Notes: generated by a model not told the origin, from the letters alone. DNA of 64,000 nucleotides from an uncultured bacterium (GCA_965233165.1 CBDDRX010000093.1:21528-85527); one strand, 5' to 3'. Shown: positions 47,617 through 56,984, counted from the stretch's first letter. A program made the numbers and translations.

Positions 47617-48805
47617 GGAAGAGCAGGCCTGCGAGCTGGACGGTCCAGACCAGGCCGATCGCCCAGGGATAGGCCTCGGGCGCGTAGCCCGAGGGCGTTT
47701 GCGGCCACTGGTCGAGCACCACGCCGAACAGCCACTGGCCGCAGAACATGCCGATGAACCCGAGCTGGTTGACGGCCGTGTTCGCGCGGCCGGCCATCTC
47801 CTTCGGCAGGCGTCTCGAGAGGATGGAGTAGCCGAGCACCACCGAAGTCCCCGTCGCGACGAACACGCACCAAAGGGCCATCGCCGGAAGGCCGCGCGCG
47901 CCCAGGATGATGAGCAGCAGCGCGACCGACGACGCGGCCACGCCGCCGATGAGCAGCGGCAGGGCGCTGCGGCCGGCGCGCGCCAGGCGGTCGGCGGCGC
48001 GCCCAAAGCCGAGGTAGCCGAAGATCATCGCCATGCTGATGGCGAGCAGGCCGCGCGCCACCTGCGCCGGCGTGTAGCCGTCCACGTCGCGCAGCCACGT
48101 CGCCACCCAGAGCGTCTGGATGGCCACCGCGGCGCACTGGCTCGCGCCCAGGCAGACCGCGATGCGCAGAAACATGGGGTCGCGGAACAAGCCGGCCAGC
48201 GCGCGCGCCTGCGTCGCCAGGCTTTCGCGGCGCGCCTCCAGTCCTCCGCGCGGGCGTTCCGGCACGACCAGCCATAAGGCGAGGCTCACCGCTACGGTGC
48301 CCGCGACGATGAGCTGGAACACTGCACGCCAGGGCCAGACGCGCAGCAGGAGCTCCACCGGCACGGTGGCCACCATCGCGCCCAGGCAGCCGACCGAGAA
48401 CGCGAGGCCGTTCATGAACGAGAGCCGCTCGGGCGGATACCAGAGCACGAACGCGGTCAACGAGGCCATCAGGCACGCCGAGACCCCCAGGCCGAGCAAC
48501 GCGCGGGCGGCGATCGCCGACGGCGCGGAAGTCGCGAGCGAGAACCACAGGCCCCCGGCCGCCGCGAAGAGCAGCAGCACCGCGTTGACGCGCCGCGGGC
48601 CGAAGCGGTCGAGCAGCAGCCCGAGCGGCAGCTGGAAGACCGCGAAGGCGAGGAAGTACACGCTCGAGAGCAGGCCGAGGCCGCCCGCGGTGAGGCCGAA
48701 CTCCGCAGCCAGCGTCGGGCCGAGCACCGCATTGATCATGCGGTACAGATACGAGACGAAGTACCCCGCCAGGAACGGCAGCGCTACGCGAACGAAGAGA
48801 TTCAG
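47585..48805 (-). CDS. MFS transporter (paralog of 18679..19899)
   Basis: Starting at CTG 48805 (CTGA overlap with the SDR stop) gives 406 aa, the same length as the paralog, and aligned N-termini (xNLFVRVALPFLAGYF vs MKLVLAVFCPFAAGYF). GTG 48847 is the nearest canonical start, but its 14 extra codons have poor G/C third-position bias (7/14). Confidence 0.8.
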   Translation of the reverse strand: MNLFVRVALPFLAGYFVSYLYRMINAVLGPTLAAEFGLTAGGLGLLSSVYFLAFAVFQLPLGLLLDRFGPRRVNAVLLLFAAAGGLWFSLATSAPSAIAARALLGLGVSACLMASLTAFVLWYPPERLSFMNGLAFSVGCLGAMVATVPVELLLRVWPWRAVFQLIVAGTVAVSLALWLVVPERPRGGLEARRESLATQARALAGLFRDPMFLRIAVCLGASQCAAVAIQTLWVATWLRDVDGYTPAQVARGLLAISMAMIFGYLGFGRAADRLARAGRSALPLLIGGVAASSVALLLIILGARGLPAMALWCVFVATGTSVVLGYSILSRRLPKEMAGRANTAVNQLGFIGMFCGQWLFGVVLDQWPQTPSGYAPEAYPWAIGLVWTVQLAGLLFLMFPSGARAR

Positions 48806-49575
48806 GCTTTGGGCGTTTCGAGGCCGCCCACGTAGAAGCGATTCCACGTCGGGGCGATGATCATCTCGTTCACGCAGGTGCGCGCCGGCATGGTGGCGAC
48901 GAACAGGATCGCCTTGCCGAAGTCCTCCGCCTGCGCCATGCGCGCGCGCTCCTCCGCCGAGGGCGGCACCGGCCGCTTCTCGAGGATCGGCGTCGCCACC
49001 TCGCCGGGCAGAATGGAGGTCGCGCGGATGCCGTGCATGCACTCCTCCATGTTGATCGACTCGCTGATCGCGATCACCGCGCGCTTGGTGGCGTTGTACG
49101 CCGGCCCGGTCAGCACGCTGGCGTAGCGCCCGGCCCAGGAAGAAATGTTGACGATCAGGCCGTCCCTGCGCGCGCGCATGCCCGGGATCACCGAATGGCA
49201 GCAGTAGAACAGGCCGTCCAGGTTGATGCGCACGACGTCGTTCCAGCCCTCGAGCGTCATGTTCTTGAAGTTGCGCCTGCCGCCGCCGATGTTCGTCCCG
49301 GCACTCGTGACCAGGATATCGATGCGGCCGTGGCGCTTCTCGATGTCGGCGGCCGCCTTCACGACCGCCTGCTGGTCGGACACGTCGAGCAGGACGGCCT
49401 CGGCCTTGCCGAGCTTCTTCAGCTCCGCGAGCCCGCTTTCATTGGTGCGCGCGGTGCGGCCGGAGATGACGACGGTCGCGCCGGCTGCGGCGAGCTCTTT
49501 CGCGCCGGCGAGGCCGATGCCGGAGCCGCCGCCGGTGATCCAGGCGACTTTTCCGCCGAGGCTACCGCTTGGCAT
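48802..49575 (-). CDS. SDR family oxidoreductase
   Basis: 257 aa with TGGGSGIG and YNATKRA. Confidence 0.9.
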   Translation of the reverse strand: MPSGSLGGKVAWITGGGSGIGLAGAKELAAAGATVVISGRTARTNESGLAELKKLGKAEAVLLDVSDQQAVVKAAADIEKRHGRIDILVTSAGTNIGGGRRNFKNMTLEGWNDVVRINLDGLFYCCHSVIPGMRARRDGLIVNISSWAGRYASVLTGPAYNATKRAVIAISESINMEECMHGIRATSILPGEVATPILEKRPVPPSAEERARMAQAEDFGKAILFVATMPARTCVNEMIIAPTWNRFYVGGLETPKA

Positions 49576-50254
49576 ACTGCGTCGCGCCGAACAGCACCTC
49601 TTTCTGCTCCTTGCTCATCTCGGGACGCCGCCGGTCGGCGAGCACCTGCAGCGCGCGCGCCACCGCCGGGCGGGCGGCGATGCCGTCGCGCCAGCGCTGC
49701 ACGTTCGGGAACTCGGCGATGTCCACGCCCTGGCGCTCGGGGAAGCGCATCCACGGCATGGCCGCCATGTCCGCGATCGTGTATTCGTCGCATGCCAGGA
49801 ACTTGCTCTCCTTCAGCCTTCTTTCCACGACCCCATAGAGGCGGTTCGCTTCGTTCCGGTACCGGTTCATCGCGTACTCGATCTTCTCCGGCGCGTAGCC
49901 GAGGAAGTGGTGCGCCTGGCCCAGCATCGGGCCGATGTGGCCCATCTGGAACATCACCCACTGCATGACCTGCCAGCGCTTGCGCAGGTCGGCGGGCAGG
50001 AACCTGCCGGTCTTCGAGGCGAGGTAGAAGAGCATCGCGCCGGACTCGGCGAGCGCCATCGGCTTGCCGCCCGGCCCGTCGTGGTCGACCATCGCCGGCA
50101 TCTTGTTGTTCGGCGAGATCTTCAGGAAGTCGGGCTTGAACTGGTCCCCGGCGCCGATGTCGACGGGGATGACGTTGTACTTCAGCCCCGTCTCCTCGAG
50201 CATGATGTGGATCTTGTGCCCGTTGGGCGTCGGCCAGGTATAGAGATCGATCAT
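49562..50254 (-). CDS. glutathione S-transferase (YfcG/Nu-class-like)
   Basis: Track ORF trimmed to ATG 50254. 230 aa. The N-terminus MIDLYTWPTPNGHKI...ISPNNKMPAMVD closely resembles E. coli YfcG (from memory). Confidence 0.9.
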   Translation of the reverse strand: MIDLYTWPTPNGHKIHIMLEETGLKYNVIPVDIGAGDQFKPDFLKISPNNKMPAMVDHDGPGGKPMALAESGAMLFYLASKTGRFLPADLRKRWQVMQWVMFQMGHIGPMLGQAHHFLGYAPEKIEYAMNRYRNEANRLYGVVERRLKESKFLACDEYTIADMAAMPWMRFPERQGVDIAEFPNVQRWRDGIAARPAVARALQVLADRRRPEMSKEQKEVLFGATQYAKR

Positions 50255-51243
50255 ATTCTTACGAGTTGTTTCCCGAAGTTTTCGCCCTTGAGCATGCCGA
50301 TGAACGCCCTGGGGGCGTTCTCCAGCCCCTCCGCGACGGTCTCGCGGTACTTCAGCTTGCCGCTCGCCACCCAGCCGGCGAGCTCCGGGATCGCCTTCAT
50401 CCACAGCTCCATCCGGTCGGAGACGATGAACCCCTGCACCTTGATGCGGTTGACCAGGATCGACTGGAAGTTCTTCACGCCGTAGGGCTCGGTGGCGTTG
50501 TACTGCGAGATCAGGCCGCACACCGCCATGCGCGAGAACGCGTTCATCCGCCGCAGCACCGCGTCGAGGATCTCGCCGCCGACGTTCTCGAAGTAGCAGT
50601 CGATCCCCTTGGCGGTCGCCGCCTTGAGATCCTCGTTCAGTCTGCCGGCCTTGTAGTCGATGCAGGCGTCGAAGCCGAGCTCGCTTACCACGTAGTCGCA
50701 CTTCGCCTTGCCGCCGGCGATGCCGACCGCGCGGCAGCCCTTGAGCTTCGCGATCTGTCCGACGACGCTGCCGACCGCCCCCGAGGCTGCCGAGACGACC
50801 ACGGTCTCGCCTTCCTTCGGCTGGCAGATGTCGAGCAGGCCGACCCAGGCGGTCACGCCGGGCATGCCGATCACGCCCAGATACGCCGAGAGCGGTACGC
50901 GGCTCGCGTCGACCTTGTTCAGGCCGGTGCCGTCGGAGACACCGTACTGCTGCCAGCCGAACTGACCGACCACCTTGTCGCCCGGCTTGAACTTGGGGTT
51001 CTTCGACTCGACGACCTCGCCGGCCGTGCCGCCGACCATCACCGCGTCGATCTCCTGCTTCGCGGCGTAGGACTTCACGTCGTTCATCCGCCCGCGCATG
51101 TACGGGTCGAGCGAGAGCCAGAGGTTCCGCACCAGCACCTCGCCGTCCTTCGGCTGCGGCACCGGCGCCCGCTCGACGCGGAAGTTCTGCTCGGTCACCC
51201 AGCCGCTCGGCCGGCTCGCCATCACGACGCGCAGGTTTTCCAC
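50251..51243 (-). CDS. NADP-dependent oxidoreductase (MDR, enone/alkenal reductase-like)
   Basis: 330 aa, GTG start. Zinc-free MDR with the motif AASGAVGSVVGQIAK. Confidence 0.9.
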   Translation of the reverse strand: MENLRVVMASRPSGWVTEQNFRVERAPVPQPKDGEVLVRNLWLSLDPYMRGRMNDVKSYAAKQEIDAVMVGGTAGEVVESKNPKFKPGDKVVGQFGWQQYGVSDGTGLNKVDASRVPLSAYLGVIGMPGVTAWVGLLDICQPKEGETVVVSAASGAVGSVVGQIAKLKGCRAVGIAGGKAKCDYVVSELGFDACIDYKAGRLNEDLKAATAKGIDCYFENVGGEILDAVLRRMNAFSRMAVCGLISQYNATEPYGVKNFQSILVNRIKVQGFIVSDRMELWMKAIPELAGWVASGKLKYRETVAEGLENAPRAFIGMLKGENFGKQLVRI

Positions 51244-52310
51244 TAGAGCGACGCGAAGCGGTCGAGGTGGTAGTCCGCGCCGCCGAACTGCTCGGTGATG
51301 ACGGTGAGGCGGCGGAAGGTGTGGCTCACCTTGAGCTCCTCGCTCATCCCCATGCCGCCGTGGAGCTGCACCGATTCCTGGCTGACGTGGCGCGCGTTGT
51401 CGGCGATCTTGATCTTCGCGGCGGAGACGGCGCGGGCGCGATCGCGCGCGCTCTCGGCCTGGTCGAGCTTCGAGCAGGCAAGGCAGGCCATCGACTTCGC
51501 CTGCTCGTAGGAGACGAACATGTCCACCATCCGGTGCTGCAGCGCCTGGAAGGTGCCGATCGGCACGCCGAACTGCTTGCGCGTCTTGAGGTACTCGAGC
51601 GTGGTGTCGCAGGCGAACTTCATCGCCCCCACGGCCTCGGCGCAGACGAGCGCGGTGCCGAAGTCGAGCGCCTCCTCGATCTCGGCGAGGCCGCCCTCCA
51701 GCCGCTCCGCCTTCGCGCCTTTCAGCGTGACGTCGGCGCTGCGGGTCTCATCGAGCGCGCGGAACGGCTGCATCTGCACGTCCTTCGCGTCCACGAGGAA
51801 CAGTGCGATGCCCTTGTCGTCCCGGGCGGAGACCACCAGCTTGTCCGCCGAAGGGGCGCCGGAGACGGCCATCTTCCGGCCGTCGACCGTCCAGCCGCTG
51901 CCGGCCTTCTTCGCGGTCGCATCAACATGGCCCGGGCGGTGGCGCGCGCCGTTTTCGGTGTGCGCGAACGCGAGGCGCACCTGGCCCTCGACCACGGAAG
52001 TAAGGATGTCGTGCTTGCGGATCAGCCGCGCGGCCATCGCCGTGGGCAGGTAGGGCTCGACGACCAGCGCATCGCCGAACGCCTCCATCACGCCCATCAG
52101 GTCCACCGCGCCACCGCCGAAGCCGCCATGGTCGGTCGACACCGGCAGGCCGGTGAGGCCCATCTCGGCGAGCTGCGCCCAGACCTTTTCGCTCCAGCCG
52201 GCTTCCGAGGCGACGATTCTGCGCCGCGCCTCGAAGTCGTAGTCCTTCTGCAGGTAGCGCCGGACCGAATCGGCGAGGAGCTGCTGCTCTTCGTTGTAGT
52301 CGAAGTTCAT
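51243..52310 (-). CDS. acyl-CoA dehydrogenase family protein (355 aa)
   Basis: ACAD fold (MNFDYNEEQQ...; C-terminal QLHGGMGMSEE). ATGA overlap with the upstream ACAD gene. Confidence 0.9.
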   Translation of the reverse strand: MNFDYNEEQQLLADSVRRYLQKDYDFEARRRIVASEAGWSEKVWAQLAEMGLTGLPVSTDHGGFGGGAVDLMGVMEAFGDALVVEPYLPTAMAARLIRKHDILTSVVEGQVRLAFAHTENGARHRPGHVDATAKKAGSGWTVDGRKMAVSGAPSADKLVVSARDDKGIALFLVDAKDVQMQPFRALDETRSADVTLKGAKAERLEGGLAEIEEALDFGTALVCAEAVGAMKFACDTTLEYLKTRKQFGVPIGTFQALQHRMVDMFVSYEQAKSMACLACSKLDQAESARDRARAVSAAKIKIADNARHVSQESVQLHGGMGMSEELKVSHTFRRLTVITEQFGGADYHLDRFASL

Positions 52311-53452
52311 AGGCCCAACGTCATCTTGGAAATGATGTTCCTCTGGATTTCATTCGACCCGGCGTAGATGGTCGTCTTGCGCATGCTGCAGTAGCGCGGC
52401 CCGAGCGACTCGGCGAGCGCGCGCGCGTCGGCCGGATCCTCGGCCTGCATCATGAGCTCGGTGAGCCCCTGCTGGATCTCCGTGCCCTTGATCTTGAGCA
52501 TCGAGACGTCGGCGCCCGGCGGCTGGCCGGTGCGGCGCATCTGGTCGAGGAAGCGCAGGTTGGTGATCTCGAGGGCCATCAGCTCCACTTCCAGGCGCGA
52601 CAGCCGGTCCTTGAACCTTGGATCGGAGATCTTCCGGGAAGAAGCGAACTCCTTGAGCTTCGCGAGCTCGCGCTTGGAGGCGCCGATCCGGCCGGTGTTC
52701 ATGCGCTCATAGCCCAGCAGGTACTTGGCGACGGTCCAGCCCTTGCCTTCCTTGTGCACGAGGTTGCCGGCCGGGACCTTCACGTCGTCGAAGAACACCT
52801 CGTTTACCTCGTGCGCCCCGTCCATGAGGATGAGCGGGCGCACGGTGATGCCGGGCGACTTCATGTCGATGAGAAGGAACGAGATGCCTTCCTGGCGCTT
52901 CTCCACCGTCGGATCCGTGCGCACAAGGCAGAAGATCCAGTCGGCGTAGTGGCCGAGCGTGGTCCAGATCTTCTGCCCGTTCACGACATAGTGGTCGCCG
53001 TCCCCGCTTTGTACCCTGAGCGCTTTCGTCTTCAGGGAAGCGAGGTCGCTGCCCGAGCCCGGCTCCGAGTAGCCCTGGCACCAGAAATCGTCGCCGTTGT
53101 AGATGCGCGGCAGGAAGCGCTTCTTCTGCTCCTCGGTGCCGAACTGCAGCAGCACCGGCGCGCACATCGTCAGGCCAAACGGGATGAGCGGCGGGGTGCC
53201 GGCGTAGCCGAGCTCCTCCTCGAAGATGTAGCGCTGCACGACGTTCCAGCCCGTGCCGCCCCACTCCTTCGGCCAGGCCGGCGCGACCCAGCCCTTCTTC
53301 GCGAGGATGCCGTGCCAGCGCAGCAGGTCCTCGCGCGAGAGGTGCTCGTAGCTCGCGACCTTCTCGCGCAGGTCGGCGGGGAGGTTCTCCTGCAGCCAGG
53401 AACGCACCTCGTCGCGAAACGCCAGCTCTTCGGCGGAGTAGTTCAGGTCCAT
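52307..53452 (-). CDS. acyl-CoA dehydrogenase family protein (381 aa)
   Basis: Track ORF trimmed to ATG 53452 with SD AGGAAGGG. ACAD motifs WCQGYSEPGSGSD and a C-terminal IYAGSNEIQRNI. Confidence 0.9.
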   Translation of the reverse strand: MDLNYSAEELAFRDEVRSWLQENLPADLREKVASYEHLSREDLLRWHGILAKKGWVAPAWPKEWGGTGWNVVQRYIFEEELGYAGTPPLIPFGLTMCAPVLLQFGTEEQKKRFLPRIYNGDDFWCQGYSEPGSGSDLASLKTKALRVQSGDGDHYVVNGQKIWTTLGHYADWIFCLVRTDPTVEKRQEGISFLLIDMKSPGITVRPLILMDGAHEVNEVFFDDVKVPAGNLVHKEGKGWTVAKYLLGYERMNTGRIGASKRELAKLKEFASSRKISDPRFKDRLSRLEVELMALEITNLRFLDQMRRTGQPPGADVSMLKIKGTEIQQGLTELMMQAEDPADARALAESLGPRYCSMRKTTIYAGSNEIQRNIISKMTLGL

Positions 53453-53492
53453 GGAAGCCCTTCCTGTTTGAAACGCTGCTGCGCGAGCCGAA

Positions 53493-54272
53493 CTAGAGGA
53501 TAGTAACGCCGCCGTCCGCAACGATCACCTGCCCGGTCATGAAGGCCGCCGCCTCCGAGGCGAGGAAGACGGCGATGCCGCCGATGTCCCGGGGCTCGCC
53601 CAGGCGTCGCAGCGGCGTGGCCTGCTCGCGCTCGGCGCGGCGCTTGTCGTCCTCCCACAGGGCCTTGGCGAACTCAGTGCGGATCAGCCCCGGCGCGATG
53701 GCGTTGACGCGCACGTTCTTCGGTCCCCATTCGGCCGCCAGGTTGCGCACCAGGTGGTGATCCGCGGCCTTGGACATGCCGTAGGCGCCGATCACCGTGT
53801 TGGCGAGGATGCCGCCGATCGAGCCGACGACGATGAAGCTGCCGGCGGCCCTTTTACCGCCCTGACTTTCCGCCATCCTGGGCAGGGTCATGCCCGCGAG
53901 CCACAGCGTGCTCTTCACGTTGTTGGCGAAGATCTTGTCGAAGGCGTCGTCGGGCAGGCCGGTCAGCGGGCCGTAGTAGGGATTGGTGGCGGCGTTGGCG
54001 ACCACGATGTCGATGCGTCCCCATTTCGCGAGCGTGGCATCGACGAGCGCCTGCAGCTCTTCCTTGCGCGAGACGTTGGCCGGCCTCGCGAGGTGGTCAA
54101 AGCCCTGCTTCGCGAACTCGCGCGACACCTCTTCGCAAGCCTCGGCCTTGCGGCTCGAGATGGTCACCTTCGCGCCGGCGCGGGCCAGCTCCTCGGCGAT
54201 GGACTTGCCGATGCCGCGCGTCGAGCCGGTGATGAGCGCTACTTTTCCGGCCAGGTCGAACAGGGAGGGCAT
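53493..54272 (-). CDS. SDR family oxidoreductase
   Basis: 259 aa with TGSTRGIG, ANAA and YGMSKAA. Confidence 0.9.
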   Translation of the reverse strand: MPSLFDLAGKVALITGSTRGIGKSIAEELARAGAKVTISSRKAEACEEVSREFAKQGFDHLARPANVSRKEELQALVDATLAKWGRIDIVVANAATNPYYGPLTGLPDDAFDKIFANNVKSTLWLAGMTLPRMAESQGGKRAAGSFIVVGSIGGILANTVIGAYGMSKAADHHLVRNLAAEWGPKNVRVNAIAPGLIRTEFAKALWEDDKRRAEREQATPLRRLGEPRDIGGIAVFLASEAAAFMTGQVIVADGGVTIL

Positions 54273-54396
54273 AATCTCATTTCGCTATGTGAAATTTGAT
54301 GTGACTAAGTTGACACCAAAGGGTCGCCGACAGAATATCGAAACGCGAAACGATCCGCAGCAGGCCACTAGAAAAACTCACCGGAGACAAAACTAC
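54273..54396. promoter_or_regulatory. divergent promoter/operator region between the SDR-ACAD operon and the IclR gene
   Basis: The most AT-rich intergenic stretch in the window. Perfect -35 TTGACA at 54310-54315, with CAGAAT (54331-54336) or GAATAT (54333-54338) as a possible -10. Tandem CGAAACG CGAAACG at 54339-54352. Inverted repeat ATTTC-N7-GAAAT at 54279-54295. Confidence 0.4.
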
Positions 54397-55224
54397 ATGG
54401 GCGCACCCGAAGCCGCGGCACCCCTTTCCCCCGCCCCGGGCGGATTCAGCTACGAGCACGAAGGCGACCGGCAGTTCGCCACCACCCTCGCGCGCGGCCT
54501 GGAAGTGCTGCGCTGCTTCACGCCGCTCGAGCCGCTTCTCGGCAACAAGGAGATCTCGGTGCGCACCGGGCTGCCGAAGCCGACGGTGTCGCGCCTCACG
54601 TACACGCTCACCAAGCTGGGCTACCTGCGCCACAACATGCGCCTGAGCAAGTACCAGCTCGGCTCGGCGGTGCTGTCGATCGGCTATCCGCTGCTCGCGT
54701 CGATGAGCGTGCGCCAGGCGGCGCGACCGCTGATGAAGGAGCTCGCCGACTACTGCAACGGCTCGGTGTCGATGGGCGTGCGCGACCGGCTGAACATGGT
54801 GTACGTGGAATCGTGCCGCAGCGGCAACGGCATCACCACGCTGCCGGATATCGGCACCGCGGTGCCGATCTCGCAGTCGGTGATCGGCCGCGCCTTCCTC
54901 GCCGCCTGCACCCCGCCCGAGCGCGAGGCGGTGCTCAACCAGATGAAGGTCAAGGACCCGGAGGCGCACAAGAAATTCCGGCCCTCGATCGACCGCTCGC
55001 TCGAGGACATCCGCGCGCGCGGCTTCTGCACCTCGCTCGGCGAGCTGCGCCGCGAGGTGTTCGCGGTCGGGGTGCCGATGCGCCGCACGGTGGACGGCGA
55101 GATCGTCGCCTTCAACTGCGGCGTGCCCGCCTTCATCGCCAAGAAGGGCCAGCTCGAGGAGGACCTCGGCCCGCGCCTGGTGGCGATGGTGCGCAACCTG
55201 GAAGCGTCACTGGGAATGCACTGA
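54397..55224 (+). CDS. IclR family transcriptional regulator
   Basis: In-frame tail of track ORF 53983..55224, starting at ATG 54397. 275 aa with an N-terminal wHTH (LGNKEISVRTGLPKPTVSRLTYTL) and a C-terminal IclR effector domain. Confidence 0.9.
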   Translation: MGAPEAAAPLSPAPGGFSYEHEGDRQFATTLARGLEVLRCFTPLEPLLGNKEISVRTGLPKPTVSRLTYTLTKLGYLRHNMRLSKYQLGSAVLSIGYPLLASMSVRQAARPLMKELADYCNGSVSMGVRDRLNMVYVESCRSGNGITTLPDIGTAVPISQSVIGRAFLAACTPPEREAVLNQMKVKDPEAHKKFRPSIDRSLEDIRARGFCTSLGELRREVFAVGVPMRRTVDGEIVAFNCGVPAFIAKKGQLEEDLGPRLVAMVRNLEASLGMH

Positions 55225-55267
55225 TAAGGCCGGCTTAACGCGGCTGCAGTAGCATCCGGGCCTGCCC

Positions 55268-56173
55268 ATGCAGGACTTCGTCTCCTTCTTTCGCGGCCTG
55301 GATCCTGATCTCCGGGCGTTCTTCGTCCAGGGGGCGCGGATCTCCCTGATCCTGATCCTGGCCTGGATCGTCCAGGCGCTGGCGCTGCGCCTGATCCGCG
55401 TGTTCCGCCTGTACATGTCCCGGCGCAGCGTCGGCGAGCAGGTCGCGCGCATCGACACGCTTGCGCGCGTGTTCCGCAACGCCGCCGCCATCGTGATCGT
55501 CGTCGTCACGGGCATGCTGGTGCTCGGCGAGCTCGGCATCTCGATCGCCCCCGTGCTGGCCACCGCGGGCGTGGCGGGCATCGCGATCGGCTTCGGCGCG
55601 CAAAGCCTCATCAAGGATTACTTCAACGGCATCTTCCTGCTCCTCGACGACCAGGTACGCGTCGGCGACGTGGTGGAAGTCGGCGGCAAGGGCGGGCTGG
55701 TCGAGGAAGTCACGCTTCGTTTCGTGCGCTTGCGCGACATCGAGGGCCACGTGCACTACGTGCCGAACGGCGAGATCAAGATCGTCACCAACCGCACGCG
55801 CGAGTTCGCCACGCCGCTCATCGAAGTCGGCATCGCCTACCGGGAGGATCCGGAGGAAGCGATCGAGGTGATGCGCGAAGTCGCCGCCGCCCTGCGCGCG
55901 GACCCGGCATGGACCGAGCGCATCACCCAGGATCTGGAGGTCATCGGCGTGGACCGCTGGGCCGACTCCGCCGTCATTTTGCGCGCCCGCTTCCGGGTGG
56001 TGCCGCCGCTCCAGCAATGGAACGTGAAGCGGGAATACCTGAAGCGCCTGAAGGACGCGTTCGACCGGCGCGGGATCGAGATTCCCTTCCCGCATCTCAC
56101 GGTCTACCCCGGCCAGCTCAAGGATGGGAGCGCGCCGCCGCTCCGGATCGCGGTGGAGAAGCAAGACCCCTGA
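55268..56173 (+). CDS. mechanosensitive ion channel family protein (MscS-like)
   Basis: 301 aa with 3 TM helices, then the MscS beta-domain motif GFGAQSLIKDYFNGIFLLLDDQVRVGD. Confidence 0.9.
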   Translation: MQDFVSFFRGLDPDLRAFFVQGARISLILILAWIVQALALRLIRVFRLYMSRRSVGEQVARIDTLARVFRNAAAIVIVVVTGMLVLGELGISIAPVLATAGVAGIAIGFGAQSLIKDYFNGIFLLLDDQVRVGDVVEVGGKGGLVEEVTLRFVRLRDIEGHVHYVPNGEIKIVTNRTREFATPLIEVGIAYREDPEEAIEVMREVAAALRADPAWTERITQDLEVIGVDRWADSAVILRARFRVVPPLQQWNVKREYLKRLKDAFDRRGIEIPFPHLTVYPGQLKDGSAPPLRIAVEKQDP

Positions 56174-56945
56174 GAATCGCGTGGATCCGCGCCACGCCGT
56201 CGGTCAGCGCGGCGGGGCCGGGCTGGAGGATCTCGGCGGACTTGATCTCGTGCAGCGCGCCGTTGCGCACCGCGGGGAGGTCCTGCCACCCCGGCCGTCC
56301 CGCGACTTTCTCCGGGCGGAATTTCTTCCCGCACCACGAGCCGAGGATCACATCCGGCCGCGCCGCGAGCACCCGTTTTCCGTCGTGGATCCGGCCGGCC
56401 CCGCCCTGCGAGCGCGCGAGGTCGGCGAGCACGTCCTCCCCGCCGGCAATCTCGATCAGCTCGCTCACGCAGCGGGTGGCGGTGATCATCGGCTCGTCCC
56501 ACTCCTCGAAGTAGACCTCCGGGCGGGCGCCGGTCGCTTTTGCTTCTTCCCTGATCTTCTCCAGATTGTTTTCCAAGGAAGAAACAAGGACTGCGCCCTT
56601 CCCCGGCACGCCGACCATCGCGGCAAGCATGCCGATCATGTCGAGGATCTCCTGCACCGAGCGCTGGTTGAAGAGCACGATGTTCAGCCCGGCCTTCGCC
56701 AGGTCGCGCGCGATGTCGGCCTGCAGGTCGGAGAAGCCGAGCACCAGATCCGGCTTCAGCTCCAGAATTCTTTCCTTCTTTGCACTTAGAAAAGAAGAAA
56801 CTCGCGGCTTCTCGCGCCTGGCGCGCGCCGGGCGCACCGTGTAGCCCGAGATGCCGGCGATGCGCCGCTCCTCGCCGAGCAGGTACAGCGTCTCGGTGGT
56901 CTCCTCCGTGAGGCAGACGATTCGCTCCGGCAGGCGCGAGGGCAT
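56118..56945 (-). CDS. cobalamin-binding protein (BtuF-like periplasmic-binding-protein fold, no signal peptide)
   Basis: 275 aa. RIVCLTEETTETLYLLGE...GISGYTV and ELKPDLVLGFSD are typical of this family. The last 19 codons overlap the convergent MscS gene (56 nt) and lose G/C third-position bias there. Confidence 0.8.
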   Translation of the reverse strand: MPSRLPERIVCLTEETTETLYLLGEERRIAGISGYTVRPARARREKPRVSSFLSAKKERILELKPDLVLGFSDLQADIARDLAKAGLNIVLFNQRSVQEILDMIGMLAAMVGVPGKGAVLVSSLENNLEKIREEAKATGARPEVYFEEWDEPMITATRCVSELIEIAGGEDVLADLARSQGGAGRIHDGKRVLAARPDVILGSWCGKKFRPEKVAGRPGWQDLPAVRNGALHEIKSAEILQPGPAALTDGVARIHAILRGLASPPRSGAAARSHP

Positions 56946-56984
56946 GGCGGAAACTATAGACTAGGGACGAGAGGAGATTCGCAC

